This document shows positions 37,150 to 48,241 of a stretch of DNA of 64,000 nucleotides, in pieces. Within the stretch, counting starts at the first letter, position 1; every line of letters starts with the position of its first letter. The DNA lies in NCBI GenBank assembly GCA_041494885.1, contig JBGQBO010000006.1, forward strand, positions 26,776-90,775. The letters run 5' to 3'. The notes under the pieces are model-generated. The model did no database searches, was not told the origin of the DNA, and saw nothing but the letters and a program-made list of their open reading frames with translations. The position numbers and the translations under genes were made by a program. This stretch comes from Terriglobia bacterium. GTDB taxonomy: Bacteria > Acidobacteriota > Terriglobia > JAIQFV01.

Positions 37150-38955
37150 TCATTTGCCGGTGAGGATGCCGTTCCGAATCGCCGCCTGAAGCGGCGAAGG
37201 ATCGGAAGACTCCACGATGGCATACTGGATGGTGGTTTTGCCCGTCGTCTGAAAAGAGACTTCCCGGACCCGCCCATTGCGCCGAACTTTGATCTTCAGA
37301 CGCTTCCCCGCTTCCAGGCTCGAGAGTACGGTCAGCGCTAAACGAGTGGCGGCGCGACCGTTGACCTCGACCAGTTCGTCCCCGCTTTTCACGCCTGCCT
37401 TATCAGCGGGGCTCGCGTCGAGGACCTCGTCCACGACCGGTGCTCCATCGAAGTTCTGGGTCACGGTGAATCCGGGATCACCCACGTTCCGGGACTGGAG
37501 GTCGAGTTTGAGACCTGCGATATTTAAAAACTGATCGTAGGCAATCTCCTCGACCCCGCGAACATAGCGATCAAAGAAATCGTCCATCCTCTTCCCGATC
37601 ACTTTCTCCACCGCATCGGGGATGCCCGATCGATCGTCAAAGAAAAGACCTTTCTGGGCGAATTCTCTATTGAGATAGCGCATCACGTCGTCGAGCGACC
37701 GACGGTTTTCCGTCTCCCTCCGAATAGTCAAATCCAGAAGAAGGCCGAGAATTTCGCCTTTCTCATAATAGGAGATGGAGTTTTCCGGACGTCGATAGTA
37801 CGGGTATTTATCAAACCACGTATCCAAGCTCGACTCTTCGACGTTTTGAAGCACATGCGCGGGTCTCTCCTGCTCGCTTTGGATGGTCTCGGCCAGGGAA
37901 CGATAGAAATCTTCCTTCTTATCGATGCCGGACCGGACCATCGTGTAGGCGCCATACAGGCTGGTGACCCCTTCACTGAACCAGAGCGCGCGGGTGTAGT
38001 TCTCCCGGGTATAGTCGACCGGCTCGAGCGATGACGGCCGAATGCGCTTCACATTCCAGACATGAAAAAACTCATGAGCGCTCACATTGGCGATATCTTC
38101 GAGCCGGCGGGACACCTCCTGTGCGCTCAGATTGATGGCCGTCGAGAAGGCATGTTCCATTCCGCCCCCCGAACGCCCCTCGGGAAAATGGTAAATGAAG
38201 GTGTAATGGCTGAACGGGACATCCTGCATGGTTTCAATTTCAAAATTCACGATTCGTTTCAGAAGCTGCAGCAGCTCCGGTTCGTCGAACTGGGCCGTTT
38301 CTCCATCAATAACCACATCAAACTTTGCCCCCTTGGATTCGAACTGCAGCCAACGAAAGGTTCCCGCTTCCACAGGAGAATCAGCCAAGTGATCGTAATT
38401 CCGGGCGTCGAATATATTTTTCTCCCGCGTCCGTGTTAACTCGGTCGCGATGTGCCAATCCTCCGGCGTCTGGAACTTGACCTGGATAGGCAGATTCTTC
38501 TTCCCCACCGGATACATGAAGATATAGGCGCCATTGATAAACCCATGATGCGGGTTGAGCTGGGCATCGTAAGGGCTTAAGACGTTTGCGTAGACATCAT
38601 ATTCGAGCACGACTTCGCGGGCGTCCTGGGTCGCGACTCGCCACGTTTGCTTGTCAACCTTCTCAACCTTCAGTGGCTTGTGATCCTGGTTGAATGCCTG
38701 TACCAGGCGCACGCGGTGAGCAAAGTCCCGGATCTGGTAAAGCGCATTCCACGCAGGCATTTGAAAATCGATGGTCGATGCGCCATCCACGGATGCCTGG
38801 ACCTTGACATGGAAGAAATGAGCCTGCGGTTTAGCCATGTCGCACGTATAGAAGACTCGATCGCCGGCGGCGAACGAACACCCGACCCCGATCAGGATCA
38901 ACGCTGAGAAGAGCGCCGTGACACGCCGGAGGGGAGTGAATGTCCTTCGCTTCAC
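37150..38955 (-). CDS. M61-family glycyl aminopeptidase with C-terminal PDZ domain
   Basis: 601 aa; signal peptide; HEFFHVWN HExxH zinc motif; PDZ-like C-terminus GVKSGDELVEVNG. Confidence 0.8.
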   Translation of the reverse strand: MKRRTFTPLRRVTALFSALILIGVGCSFAAGDRVFYTCDMAKPQAHFFHVKVQASVDGASTIDFQMPAWNALYQIRDFAHRVRLVQAFNQDHKPLKVEKVDKQTWRVATQDAREVVLEYDVYANVLSPYDAQLNPHHGFINGAYIFMYPVGKKNLPIQVKFQTPEDWHIATELTRTREKNIFDARNYDHLADSPVEAGTFRWLQFESKGAKFDVVIDGETAQFDEPELLQLLKRIVNFEIETMQDVPFSHYTFIYHFPEGRSGGGMEHAFSTAINLSAQEVSRRLEDIANVSAHEFFHVWNVKRIRPSSLEPVDYTRENYTRALWFSEGVTSLYGAYTMVRSGIDKKEDFYRSLAETIQSEQERPAHVLQNVEESSLDTWFDKYPYYRRPENSISYYEKGEILGLLLDLTIRRETENRRSLDDVMRYLNREFAQKGLFFDDRSGIPDAVEKVIGKRMDDFFDRYVRGVEEIAYDQFLNIAGLKLDLQSRNVGDPGFTVTQNFDGAPVVDEVLDASPADKAGVKSGDELVEVNGRAATRLALTVLSSLEAGKRLKIKVRRNGRVREVSFQTTGKTTIQYAIVESSDPSPLQAAIRNGILTGK

Positions 38956-40433
38956 GCGTGACGGCTCCTCTTGTTCAAGGCCCCCAGCAATTTCTCATGG
39001 ATATTGTCGAAACCTCCATTCGAGAAGACCACAAAAACGTCCCCCGCTCGTGCCAGCGGCGAGCATATCTCCACGATGGCATCGGCATGAGGAAGAAAGC
39101 GTGCCGATTTTCCACGGGCTTTCAATCCTTCGACCACGCGTTGTGGAGACAGTCTTTGGTTGGGGGCGAGCTTTTCGGGGGCATAGAGATCTGCAATCAC
39201 AATCTCGTCGGTCTCCTCAAGGGCGCGCACCAGCGCTGCCTCAGAAACGCTGCGCCGCATGGTGGCCGATCTGGGCTCAACCACCGCCCACAAACGCGCC
39301 CCCGGAAACCGCGAGCGGAGAGCCTTCACCGTTTGTTGAATAGCCGTGGGATGGTGACCAAAATCGTCAATCACCGTGACCCCTGCGACGCTGCCCCGAA
39401 TCTCCATCCGCCGCCGAACACTCTGAAAACCTCCCAGCGCCCTTTGGATGACTGGGGCGCCGATCCCGAATTGGAGGGACGTCACGATCGCCCCCAGGGC
39501 GTTGCTCACATTGAAATTCCCAAATAAGGGAATTTGGAAATCGCAGAGTGGATCTTGTCCAGCAAACACTGTGAAGGAGGTCCCGTCGGAATGGATCCGG
39601 ACGTCATGTGCCAGATATCCGCTCTGCGCTATATCGGGATCTTCGCCTGTCTTCGCGGAGGTCTCAGAAATGCCGAAAGTAATCACTTTGCAGAGCGCCG
39701 CTTTGGAAAGCTCGACCACAACCGGATCCCTGTGGTTGGCGATCAGAGAGCCATTCCGGGGAATGATATTGATCAGGCGTCGGAAGGACAGCTTCACGGC
39801 CTCGAGGCTGGGGTAAATGTCGGCGTGGTCGAACTCAACGTTGTTGAGAAGAACGCAACTCGGCAGGTAGTGAAGGAACTTGGGACCCTTGTCAAAGAAA
39901 GCGGTGTCGTACTCATCTCCTTCAATAATGAAATGGGCCCCTCCGCCAAGCTGATAGCTTTTGTGAAAATTCTGGGCAATGCCCCCGATCAGGAAGTTCG
40001 GCTTAAGTCCGGCACAGTCGAATATCCACGCCAGCATTGAGGTCGTGGTGGTCTTGCCATGGGTTCCCGCGACCACGATCGACGTGCGCCCCCGGAGGAA
40101 AAACTCCTTGACCGCTTCGGGCAAGGAACAGTAACGGATCCTTTCATCCAGGACTCGTTCGATTTCGGGATTTCCACGCGACAAGGCATTCCCGATGACG
40201 ACGAGGTCGGGGCGAACGTCCAAATGTTTTTCATCAAATCCGGAAAACAGTTTGATCCCCAGCCTGGCCAGCTCGGTGGACATCGGGGGGTACACGTTCT
40301 GGTCCGAACCCCTCACCTCAAGACCGCTCTCCTTGAGCATGCCCGCCAGAGAAGCCATCGCGGTGCCGCAAATACCAATCAGATGAATCCGGTGGATATC
40401 GTGAAAATTATTCATGGATTGATTTCTAGACAA
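38952..40433 (-). CDS. mpl: UDP-N-acetylmuramate:L-alanyl-gamma-D-glutamyl-meso-DAP ligase (murein peptide ligase Mpl)
   Basis: IHLIGICGTAMASLA...VYPPMST...GTHGKTTTTSMLAWI...DEYDTAFFDKGPKF...NVEFDHADIY, the Mpl-specific pattern within the Mur ligase family. Confidence 0.8.
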   Translation of the reverse strand: MSRNQSMNNFHDIHRIHLIGICGTAMASLAGMLKESGLEVRGSDQNVYPPMSTELARLGIKLFSGFDEKHLDVRPDLVVIGNALSRGNPEIERVLDERIRYCSLPEAVKEFFLRGRTSIVVAGTHGKTTTTSMLAWIFDCAGLKPNFLIGGIAQNFHKSYQLGGGAHFIIEGDEYDTAFFDKGPKFLHYLPSCVLLNNVEFDHADIYPSLEAVKLSFRRLINIIPRNGSLIANHRDPVVVELSKAALCKVITFGISETSAKTGEDPDIAQSGYLAHDVRIHSDGTSFTVFAGQDPLCDFQIPLFGNFNVSNALGAIVTSLQFGIGAPVIQRALGGFQSVRRRMEIRGSVAGVTVIDDFGHHPTAIQQTVKALRSRFPGARLWAVVEPRSATMRRSVSEAALVRALEETDEIVIADLYAPEKLAPNQRLSPQRVVEGLKARGKSARFLPHADAIVEICSPLARAGDVFVVFSNGGFDNIHEKLLGALNKRSRHA

Positions 40434-40630
40434 CCGAAGAACACAAGCGTCGAAACCCGAGCGCTGCTCAGGGCGTCAGTAATTCTCGCCGTCGAGGCCG
40501 AACATTTCCTCACGTCCCTGTTAAATCAGGGGATGATCTCAAGAATTCTCCCCGCGTTCGGCAATAAGAGGTTACAGATATCCTTCGCGCGGTCGCCGTG
40601 CTTGCCTGCTTCCCCCCTCAGGGCGTGACT

Positions 40631-41575
40631 TCACCTCGTCGTCGCTTCTTCGACAATCAATTTGGGGTGAGATCGTGAATCGAGCGTTACCCTAGCTCCG
40701 ATCGGCAACGTCACAAACGGATTCCGTGTATGCCCCGAACTGAGTCCCATCACCACCGGCCCTTTAAAACTCCGAAAGTAAGTCTCCAACACCTTTCGCG
40801 CAGTCCATCGCGGATGCTTCTCGTCGCGGCAGTTCAACATGTCACCGAGCAACACACCGCGCACACGGCGAAATTTCCCGGCATCTCCCAACTGTTTGAG
40901 CATGCGATCAAGGCGGTACGGCGGCTCGTTGACATCTTCTATGAAGAGGATCGAATCGCCGCTCTCGAACTCGTACGGTGTACCCAGGGTACTGACGAGA
41001 AGAGACAAGCATCCCCCCGCAAGTCTGCCGCTCGCTCGCCCTGTACGAATGACCTGGTCACGTCTCAGCGGCAGGCTCCAGGGGGCTTCGGGTCCGTTTG
41101 CTCCCTCACTCATTACGGCGTGCCGAAAGGAATATAAATCGACACCCGCCTCGCCTTTGGAAAAATTCGTTGCCACCATGGGGCCGTGGAACGTGACCAG
41201 GCCGGTTCGAGCCTGAATTGCATTGAGCAGGACGGTGATATCACTGGCGCCCATCACGATTTTTGCCTGCCGCCGCAGGGTCTTGAAGTCGAGATCTTCC
41301 AGCAGGTAAACTGAACCATAACCACCTCGCGCGCACAGGACCGCTTTGACCTCGGGGTCGCGAATCATGGTATTCAGATCTGTTTTCCGGGATCGGTGAG
41401 TCCCGGCAAAGAAAGAATCCTTCTCGAAAACGTGGGCGCCCACTTTGACGCGAAATCCCATGCCTCCCAAAGTCTTTATTCCCCGGCGCAGCCCGGCTTT
41501 GTTCACAATCCCCGCCGGAGACACCACGCCAATCACATCTCCAAGCTTAAGCGCAAATGGAATTAACGGTCTCAT
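40631..41575 (-). CDS. ldcA: LD-carboxypeptidase (muramoyltetrapeptide carboxypeptidase LdcA, peptidase S66)
   Basis: 314 aa; GVVSPAG, GASDITVL (nucleophile Ser), S66-wide homology. Confidence 0.8.
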   Translation of the reverse strand: MRPLIPFALKLGDVIGVVSPAGIVNKAGLRRGIKTLGGMGFRVKVGAHVFEKDSFFAGTHRSRKTDLNTMIRDPEVKAVLCARGGYGSVYLLEDLDFKTLRRQAKIVMGASDITVLLNAIQARTGLVTFHGPMVATNFSKGEAGVDLYSFRHAVMSEGANGPEAPWSLPLRRDQVIRTGRASGRLAGGCLSLLVSTLGTPYEFESGDSILFIEDVNEPPYRLDRMLKQLGDAGKFRRVRGVLLGDMLNCRDEKHPRWTARKVLETYFRSFKGPVVMGLSSGHTRNPFVTLPIGARVTLDSRSHPKLIVEEATTR

Positions 41576-42462
41576 AAAGCGGCTTCCGCCGGCCGGGCCC
41601 CACGGATAGAAAGAAATATACCCACCAGGATAATAACTCCCCCGAGCATCTTCTCGGGCGTCAGAATTTCTCTAAATAGCATCAGTGCCAGGAGCGAAGC
41701 ACCCACCGGCTCAAGCAAAGTGCACACCGCGACGATGGTCGCTGGAAAGTGTCGAAGCGCCCAATTCAAGGACGTGTGCCCGATCGACTGCGGGACCAAA
41801 GCCGACAGAGCAAAGAACAAGAACGTCCGTCCGGAATAATGAATCCAATTGGGTTCCGCAAACAGACAAAGGAGCACCAGTACCCCGGCGGCCGCTGCAT
41901 ACACCCGGAACACATATTGGGTTAAGGGAGTTACCTGGCGAATGACCCGCCCAATCAGCAAATAGCCTGCCATCATGATGGCCCCGAGCAGGGCCAGCGC
42001 ATCGCCCTTGAGAGTGGCACGGCCCAGCCCAACATCAGCCTGCGCAATCAGGATCCCGCCCGCAACGGCAATCAAGATTCCAATCATAGCACGCCGCGAA
42101 ATCCCTTCGCGCAAAAACCACCATGAGAACAGGGCGACAAAGAGCGGATTGGTTGTGACCAGCACCACGGAGCTTGCCACCGATGTGTATTTTAGAGAGG
42201 CCACCCAGGTCGCAAAGTGGAGGGCGAGAAAGATTCCCGCGAGTAGATAATAAATGCCCTTGTTTCGCAGTTGGGCCACTTGCGGAACTACTGGTCTTGA
42301 GAACTGAAAGGGAGTGAGGACGACCGTCGCAATCAAAAGCCGGTAGGCGGCAATAATGAGGGAAGGTGCCTCACATAGCCGGACGAAGATCGAGCCAAAG
42401 CTGATTGCCAGGACGCCAAGGCAAAGGACCGCGAGAGACAGGGCGCGCGGGGGCGTAGACAT
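41572..42462 (-). CDS. EamA-family (DMT superfamily) transporter
   Basis: 296 aa, 10 predicted TM helices, duplicated EamA halves. Confidence 0.75.
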   Translation of the reverse strand: MSTPPRALSLAVLCLGVLAISFGSIFVRLCEAPSLIIAAYRLLIATVVLTPFQFSRPVVPQVAQLRNKGIYYLLAGIFLALHFATWVASLKYTSVASSVVLVTTNPLFVALFSWWFLREGISRRAMIGILIAVAGGILIAQADVGLGRATLKGDALALLGAIMMAGYLLIGRVIRQVTPLTQYVFRVYAAAAGVLVLLCLFAEPNWIHYSGRTFLFFALSALVPQSIGHTSLNWALRHFPATIVAVCTLLEPVGASLLALMLFREILTPEKMLGGVIILVGIFLSIRGARPAEAAL

Positions 42463-42777
42463 GACCGTACCTGAATTGGTCTCCTTAATAACCTCGCCAG
42501 ATCTGATTTTACCGTCCTACACCCGCTGCCAGCCGGAAGGCTTGAGGGTCCGGTTCCCAATGATGGAGCCGCATCCCCTGCAAGTTCAGACCGCACGGGC
42601 CCCAAGGGCACAGCAGTCGAAAAGATAAGCACGGGGTTTGTTTTCTGCAAGTGGTTTCATCGGCAAGGACCCAAATTGGCGGATCCTCTCCCTTCTCTTC
42701 GACATCATCCGGGATGTTTCATTGAAAAATGCCTGAAATCCAGTAAAATACTCTATCTTTTCGGGGCGAAGGGAAGC

Positions 42778-43809
42778 ATGCTGGAACGGTGGATTATTTC
42801 TCAAGAAAGGCGGCGGCTCGCGCGGGATACTAACCGCCGTGTTCTGCCTTTCGAGTGGGGGGTCGAATTCCTTGAGGCCAGAAATGGCTCCGGAGACCCC
42901 CACCACATCCTGGATGAGTATGTCAATTGGGCGATGGAAAACAGCGACGAGTTCTTCCGACACACACCCACGGCAGACTATCGATTTGATGGCCGACAGC
43001 TCACTTATCCGAGTCAAATCCAGACGCCCTATCCCGAGAACAACACAGTCTCCGCCCGCTATTTTCCCTCAAGTCAATCGACCGCACGAATGAAGGTTCG
43101 CCCTGCTGTGATTGTCATGCCGCAATGGAACGGAGATTTCGATGCTCATGTCGCCTTAGCTCAACTATTTGCGCGGTTTGGAATTTCCGCGCTGCGTCTG
43201 AGTATGCCCTACCACGACACCCGGAAGCCGCCGCATCTGGAGCGGTCGGATTACATGGTGAGTTCCAACATCGGCCGCACCCTCCAAGCCTCCCGGCAGG
43301 CCGTTCTCGACGTCAAACGTGCCGCCGATTGGCTTTTGACTCGAGGGTTCAACCGCATTGCCGTCATGGGCACTTCCATCGGTTCAAGTGTGGCGTTTCT
43401 GACCTTTGCGCACGATCCGAGGTTTGCTGCGGGTATCTTCAACCACGGGTCCAGCTATTTCGGGGACGTCGTTTGGACCGGCATTACAACACAGCATGTC
43501 CGAAAAGGCATAGAGACACACCTGACTCAGGAACAGCTCCGTCGCTATTGGTCGCCCATCAGCCCTTTCCCATTCATCCGTCGCCTCAAGCCGAACCCGC
43601 GAAAAATGCTTATTGTTTCGGCGCAATACGACCTTTCGTTCCTTCCCTGCTTCTCGCAGGATGTCTTCCGCGAATATCGGGAACACCACATCCCTTTTGA
43701 ACTTCAGCTCATGCCTTGCGGGCATTACACACTCGGGGCTTTTCCATTCAGTTGGTGGGTTGCCGGGCGGATGATCCGATTCTTGCACAAACATCTACTT
43801 CACTCTTGA
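42778..43809 (+). CDS. Alpha/beta-hydrolase fold protein (GTSIGS nucleophile elbow)
   Basis: GxSxG motif VMGTSIGSS, plus later Asp/His candidates. ORF opens at TTG 42676; ATG 42778 chosen. Confidence 0.6.
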   Translation: MLERWIISQERRRLARDTNRRVLPFEWGVEFLEARNGSGDPHHILDEYVNWAMENSDEFFRHTPTADYRFDGRQLTYPSQIQTPYPENNTVSARYFPSSQSTARMKVRPAVIVMPQWNGDFDAHVALAQLFARFGISALRLSMPYHDTRKPPHLERSDYMVSSNIGRTLQASRQAVLDVKRAADWLLTRGFNRIAVMGTSIGSSVAFLTFAHDPRFAAGIFNHGSSYFGDVVWTGITTQHVRKGIETHLTQEQLRRYWSPISPFPFIRRLKPNPRKMLIVSAQYDLSFLPCFSQDVFREYREHHIPFELQLMPCGHYTLGAFPFSWWVAGRMIRFLHKHLLHS

Positions 43810-43837
43810 TTAGCTTAAGAGGATTCTCGTTGTGGCG

Positions 43838-45049
43838 CTAAGGGCGCCATAAAAGATCGACGAGAATGGGTCGATGATCGGACAAGCTTTCCGGTTTGAT
43901 CCCTTTCTCGAATTCTGTGATAGTGCCCGGTGGCAGGGGGCCCCCCGCACCGGACAAATCCTCTTTTTCTGTTGGACGAACGGCAGGGGAAACATTTTTC
44001 CCCACAAACCAGTCCAGTCGCAAAGGAAGCCCTCCGTCATAGGATCTCAATGTCCTCAGGGCTCGATCCCGGAGGAATCGCGGAATGAGGTGAGCATCCT
44101 CAAGTGACCGCAGAAATGTAGCAGAAGTTGAGGTTCCATCATTGAAAGGTTCCCATTCGTATCCCTTGCTGTAAAGGACATCAAAGAGGGGTTCGCGGGA
44201 TTGTGGAGAAAGAGTGGAGGCCAACAAGTCGTCCGATTTCATCCCCACCAGCCGGGAGAGAGAACGAAAAGTGCGCCAGGCGGTACCGCGGGCAAAAGTG
44301 TTGGAATTGAAGTCACCTCCGATCAGCGTGAAGGTGTCTCCACGATTCCCGAGAGTCTCCAACAGGGCCGCCGTTTGTCGCGCGCGGCACCTTGGCGAGT
44401 TGCGGACTTCCAGATGGGTGGTAGCGGCCGTCAGCGCCCGATCTCCCACCGTCACCTCACAAACCACGGCATTGCGGTTCCCGAACCGCTTCTCCGTGAA
44501 TTCAAAAGGCTCGAAACACTGTGTGAGCCGGATCGTCCGGGCCGACCGAATCGGAAATCGAGATAGGATCGCATTCCCTTGAAGGCCTGAGCTGTTTTCT
44601 CCTGCCGCTTTGAGATCCTCGCCTACGCCTTTCGTCAGTTCCACAAAACAAGGCGCAAATGCAAAATTCATGCCCAGCGCACAGGCCAATTCCCGGGCGA
44701 CAAATCGATTCCCAGAGCGCGCCATCCCGAAGTCGGCTTCCTGGAGCAGAATCAGGTCCGCTGTGAGAAACCTCTGATCCGAACTGAATATCTCAAGCAG
44801 ACTATCCAGTTCTTTCCCTTTTTCAATATTCCAACTGATGCATCGCAACCAGTCTCTCTCCGAAGAGACGGAAGAGAATTGGCTTTCGACATGGGGATGG
44901 TTGAGGATCGATTCGACCCTTGTGCGGTTTTGGGAAAACCATACCGAAGAGTTCAACGCCTGCAATGTGGGATAGGCTCTCAGGTGATCCTGCAAATCTG
45001 TCAGCGTCGTTTGAAAACCCGGATCATCAAGATAATTAGGGGTCGACAT
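43838..45049 (-). CDS. Endonuclease/exonuclease/phosphatase (EEP) family protein
   Basis: 403 aa; SWNIEKG...LQEAD...GGDFNS...SDHRP EEP catalytic motifs after an about 75-aa N-terminal extension. Confidence 0.7.
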   Translation of the reverse strand: MSTPNYLDDPGFQTTLTDLQDHLRAYPTLQALNSSVWFSQNRTRVESILNHPHVESQFSSVSSERDWLRCISWNIEKGKELDSLLEIFSSDQRFLTADLILLQEADFGMARSGNRFVARELACALGMNFAFAPCFVELTKGVGEDLKAAGENSSGLQGNAILSRFPIRSARTIRLTQCFEPFEFTEKRFGNRNAVVCEVTVGDRALTAATTHLEVRNSPRCRARQTAALLETLGNRGDTFTLIGGDFNSNTFARGTAWRTFRSLSRLVGMKSDDLLASTLSPQSREPLFDVLYSKGYEWEPFNDGTSTSATFLRSLEDAHLIPRFLRDRALRTLRSYDGGLPLRLDWFVGKNVSPAVRPTEKEDLSGAGGPLPPGTITEFEKGIKPESLSDHRPILVDLLWRP

Positions 45050-45218
45050 GGGGCTGGGATTAATTTGCCTTAATGCAGGGGGTCCGGCACTTTAGTCACT
45101 CATCAAACTCGTGAATCACATCAGTCTTGGATTGTACTATGAATTCAGTCTACAATGCCTCGGTTCGATCAGAATGCCTGATCCTCTCCACAGCGTTTCA
45201 ATCGCCAGGACAACATTC

Positions 45219-46520
45219 ATGTTGGCACATCTCGAATGCATCGGTTGTCATCAGCAATCCGCCGTTAATGAGGCTCGCTACCAGTGCGCTCGATGTGGAG
45301 AGCTTCTCGATGTGACTTACTCCTGGAACTCGATTGATCCCAAGAAACTTAAGATCGACTTTTTGAATCGAAAGCTCTCGCCGACCCTTCAGGATCAGAG
45401 TGGAGTCTGGAGGTTCCGGGAGCTCTTGCCTTTTTTGGACGGCTTCGACTCCATCGTCACGCTGCGGGAGGGCAATACCCCGCTCTGGGAAGTCCCCCTG
45501 GCTGCCCGAGAGGCAGGACTCCAACATCTCGCCGTGAAACATCAAGGAATGAACCCAACCGGCTCATTCAAGGACAATGGCATGACGACGGCGATGACGC
45601 ATGCAAGACAACTCGGGGCCCGAACCGTCCTTTGTGCGAGCACGGGCAACACCTCGGCCTCCATGGCGGCGTATGCGGCGCGCGCGGCGATTCGAGCCGT
45701 TGTGCTCATTCCGCAGGGACAGATCGCGCGGGGGAAGCTGGCCCAAGCTGTGGACTATGGGGCCGAAGTTGTGCAAATCCAGGGAGACTTTGATCGTGCC
45801 ATGCAGTTGGTTCGGGAATTGGCCAGCGAGCAGGGCGTGTATCTGCTCAATTCCGTTAACCCGCTGCGAATTGAGGGCCAGAAAACGATTGTGATCGAGC
45901 TGATGGAGCAACGAGGGTGGCGTGCGCCGGACCGCATTGTCCTTCCGGGTGGAAACCTCGGAAATTGTTCCGCGTTTGGAAAAGCGCTCCGTGAGATGTT
46001 TGATCTTAAGCTGATTAACCGCCTCCCTAAATTGACGGTTGTCCAGGCAGCAGGGGCCAACCCATTTGCTCAAATGGTCCGCTCAGGGAGCAAAGAGCTG
46101 ATTCCGATGCAAGCCGACACGCTGGCGACCGCAATCAAAATCGGCAGTCCGGTCTCCTGGAAGAAGGCCCTCCGGGCGCTGGAGTGGACCCAAGGAGACG
46201 TGGTGGAGGTCACCGAGGGTGAGATTGCCGATGCCCGAGCCCTTCTGGCACGGGACGGGATTGGATGCGAACCGGCTTCCGCATCGACCCTCGCCGGCAT
46301 CCTAAAAATGTCGCGTGAGAAGAAGCTGATGTTCAGTGAAGAGGTGGTAGGGATCCTGACGGGCCACCACCTCAAAGACCCGGAATACATCCTCGATTAC
46401 CACGAGGGAAAATTGAGCCATGCCAGCGGGCCCATTACCGCTCGCTTTCGAAATGCACTCCAAACCGTCCCTGCAGAACTTCAGGCACTCAAGAAGCTGC
46501 TGTTAGACCATGACAAATGA
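45219..46520 (+). CDS. thrC: Threonine synthase ThrC (with N-terminal Cys4 zinc-ribbon extension)
   Basis: PLP-fold motifs (GSFKDNG with PLP Lys, STGNTSAS) and N-terminal CIGCHQ...CARCGE. Confidence 0.85.
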   Translation: MLAHLECIGCHQQSAVNEARYQCARCGELLDVTYSWNSIDPKKLKIDFLNRKLSPTLQDQSGVWRFRELLPFLDGFDSIVTLREGNTPLWEVPLAAREAGLQHLAVKHQGMNPTGSFKDNGMTTAMTHARQLGARTVLCASTGNTSASMAAYAARAAIRAVVLIPQGQIARGKLAQAVDYGAEVVQIQGDFDRAMQLVRELASEQGVYLLNSVNPLRIEGQKTIVIELMEQRGWRAPDRIVLPGGNLGNCSAFGKALREMFDLKLINRLPKLTVVQAAGANPFAQMVRSGSKELIPMQADTLATAIKIGSPVSWKKALRALEWTQGDVVEVTEGEIADARALLARDGIGCEPASASTLAGILKMSREKKLMFSEEVVGILTGHHLKDPEYILDYHEGKLSHASGPITARFRNALQTVPAELQALKKLLLDHDK

Positions 46521-48114
46521 ATTGAAGGCCGGCCCTTCCTCCCTCCCTACAGGATTTCGATTCGTCTTTGGCGGCTTCCTGGCCGCAGCCCTTCTGCTGG
46601 TTTGGATTCCCCAATATCTTCCGCTAACCGACTATCCGGAGCATCTCCTGGTGATCCAGGTTCTTTCTCACTACAATGACCCCGGGACCCAATACGTCCG
46701 GGATTACGCGGTGAAGATGGGCAATGTCCCTTATGTGTCTATTTACGTACTCGGCATGATGCTGAATCGGTTGCTGCCCATCTTCGCCGTTGGAAAAGTT
46801 CTTCTTTCCCTTTACATTATTTTCACGCCGCTGAGCGTCCTCGGATATGTCCGCTCCATCCGGAATATCTCCCCCTGGTCTTCGTTGCTGTCCTTTGCTT
46901 TTCTTTTCAATCTTTTTTATTACCTCGGCTCGTTGAATTTTCTGATTTCGATCCCCCTTTCCTTTTTAGCCTTGAGCCTCATCCTTGGTCTCTTACACAA
47001 GCCGATGGATCGCACGAGTTCCTCAAACCAGTCACTCACTTTCTCGAGTCAATACTGGCGGCCCGTGACCCTCGCGGTCGTGTTCATCGCATTGTTTTAC
47101 ACCCACTTCGTTTCGTTTGCTGCGGTCATGCTGGTGGCGATGGGGTTGGGTCTGGCGGCGAAGGTACGCGGTCAGTCTATTGTCTCTCTTGCAATCTCGA
47201 TGGTCCCATCGCTGGCCCTGGCCGGGATCTCTATTCTCAAGGGACTCAGCGCCTCCGCTCCGGCGTTGGGGGCAAGTTGGCTTCCCCTTCCCTCACGCCT
47301 CTTTGATCTCCTTCAGCCCTTTCTGATCTACCGGGACGACTACTTTCACCGTACCGTCGTCGACAAGTTAAGTTTGCCACTTCTGGCACTGGCGGCGGGA
47401 TGGTTTGTTATTTCCCTGGTGTCGCTTATCAAAGGGAGATTCGGATCCCGAAGCAGCCTTATGGAAGGGGAAACTGGCGTACATCCGGACGCGTGGCTCG
47501 TCATCTTGATCTTCCTGTTTTCTGCACTCGTGTTTCCCTCTCAGATCCCATCGGCCTCTTTCGCGCATCGCTTGTCCATCCTTGTGCTTCTCAGCTTCTG
47601 CGGGATTCTCCCGAAGCAATTCGGTGGACGTACGCCCACAAAGGGCATCCTGGTGGCCGTCACCTTTTTTGCATTCGTTGTGTCCGGCTGGCGGGCTGCT
47701 GACTTCAATCGCGAGATGAAGCCTTTTCTCAGTGCCACAAAGCAGATGCACGCGGATGCCCGCGTCTTGCCGCTCATTCAGAACCTGCATTCCGCCCGGT
47801 TGCGTACCTATTGTTTCCTGCACATCTTGAATTACTATCATCTCGAAAAGGGGGGGAGCAATCCCTATCTCCTGTTTCGAAACATGCCCCAGATCCCCGT
47901 GCACTACCGGTTTCTGGATGAATTGCCGTCTGTCGGTTCTTTCGAACCCGACCTGTTTGATTGGGACATGCACCATGACCGTTATCGCTATTTCCTGGCG
48001 CGAGATGCTAGCGCTCGGGTCATGAACCAGCTCCGTGCTCACACCCGATTAATTTTTGAATCAGAGGGATGGTCCCTGTACGAGGCAGAAGGCTCGTTAG
48101 GGGGCGTTCTTTAG
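46510..48114 (+). CDS. Polytopic membrane protein (about 12 TM; possibly GT-C-like glycosyltransferase), unknown function; overlaps thrC end by 11 nt
   Basis: 534 aa, very hydrophobic with a soluble C-terminal domain. Confidence 0.5.
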   Translation: MTNELKAGPSSLPTGFRFVFGGFLAAALLLVWIPQYLPLTDYPEHLLVIQVLSHYNDPGTQYVRDYAVKMGNVPYVSIYVLGMMLNRLLPIFAVGKVLLSLYIIFTPLSVLGYVRSIRNISPWSSLLSFAFLFNLFYYLGSLNFLISIPLSFLALSLILGLLHKPMDRTSSSNQSLTFSSQYWRPVTLAVVFIALFYTHFVSFAAVMLVAMGLGLAAKVRGQSIVSLAISMVPSLALAGISILKGLSASAPALGASWLPLPSRLFDLLQPFLIYRDDYFHRTVVDKLSLPLLALAAGWFVISLVSLIKGRFGSRSSLMEGETGVHPDAWLVILIFLFSALVFPSQIPSASFAHRLSILVLLSFCGILPKQFGGRTPTKGILVAVTFFAFVVSGWRAADFNREMKPFLSATKQMHADARVLPLIQNLHSARLRTYCFLHILNYYHLEKGGSNPYLLFRNMPQIPVHYRFLDELPSVGSFEPDLFDWDMHHDRYRYFLARDASARVMNQLRAHTRLIFESEGWSLYEAEGSLGGVL

Positions 48115-48241
48115 CTGTGGCTTCACTGTGGCCTCCCTGCAGGTCGAGATTGGGGAGGTCGTATTTTTACGAATCCCGGAGGGGAGGACATCCAGTTCGA
48201 CGCAAGAGATGACTGCGGGGGATCTGTCAGCAGGAGGAGAG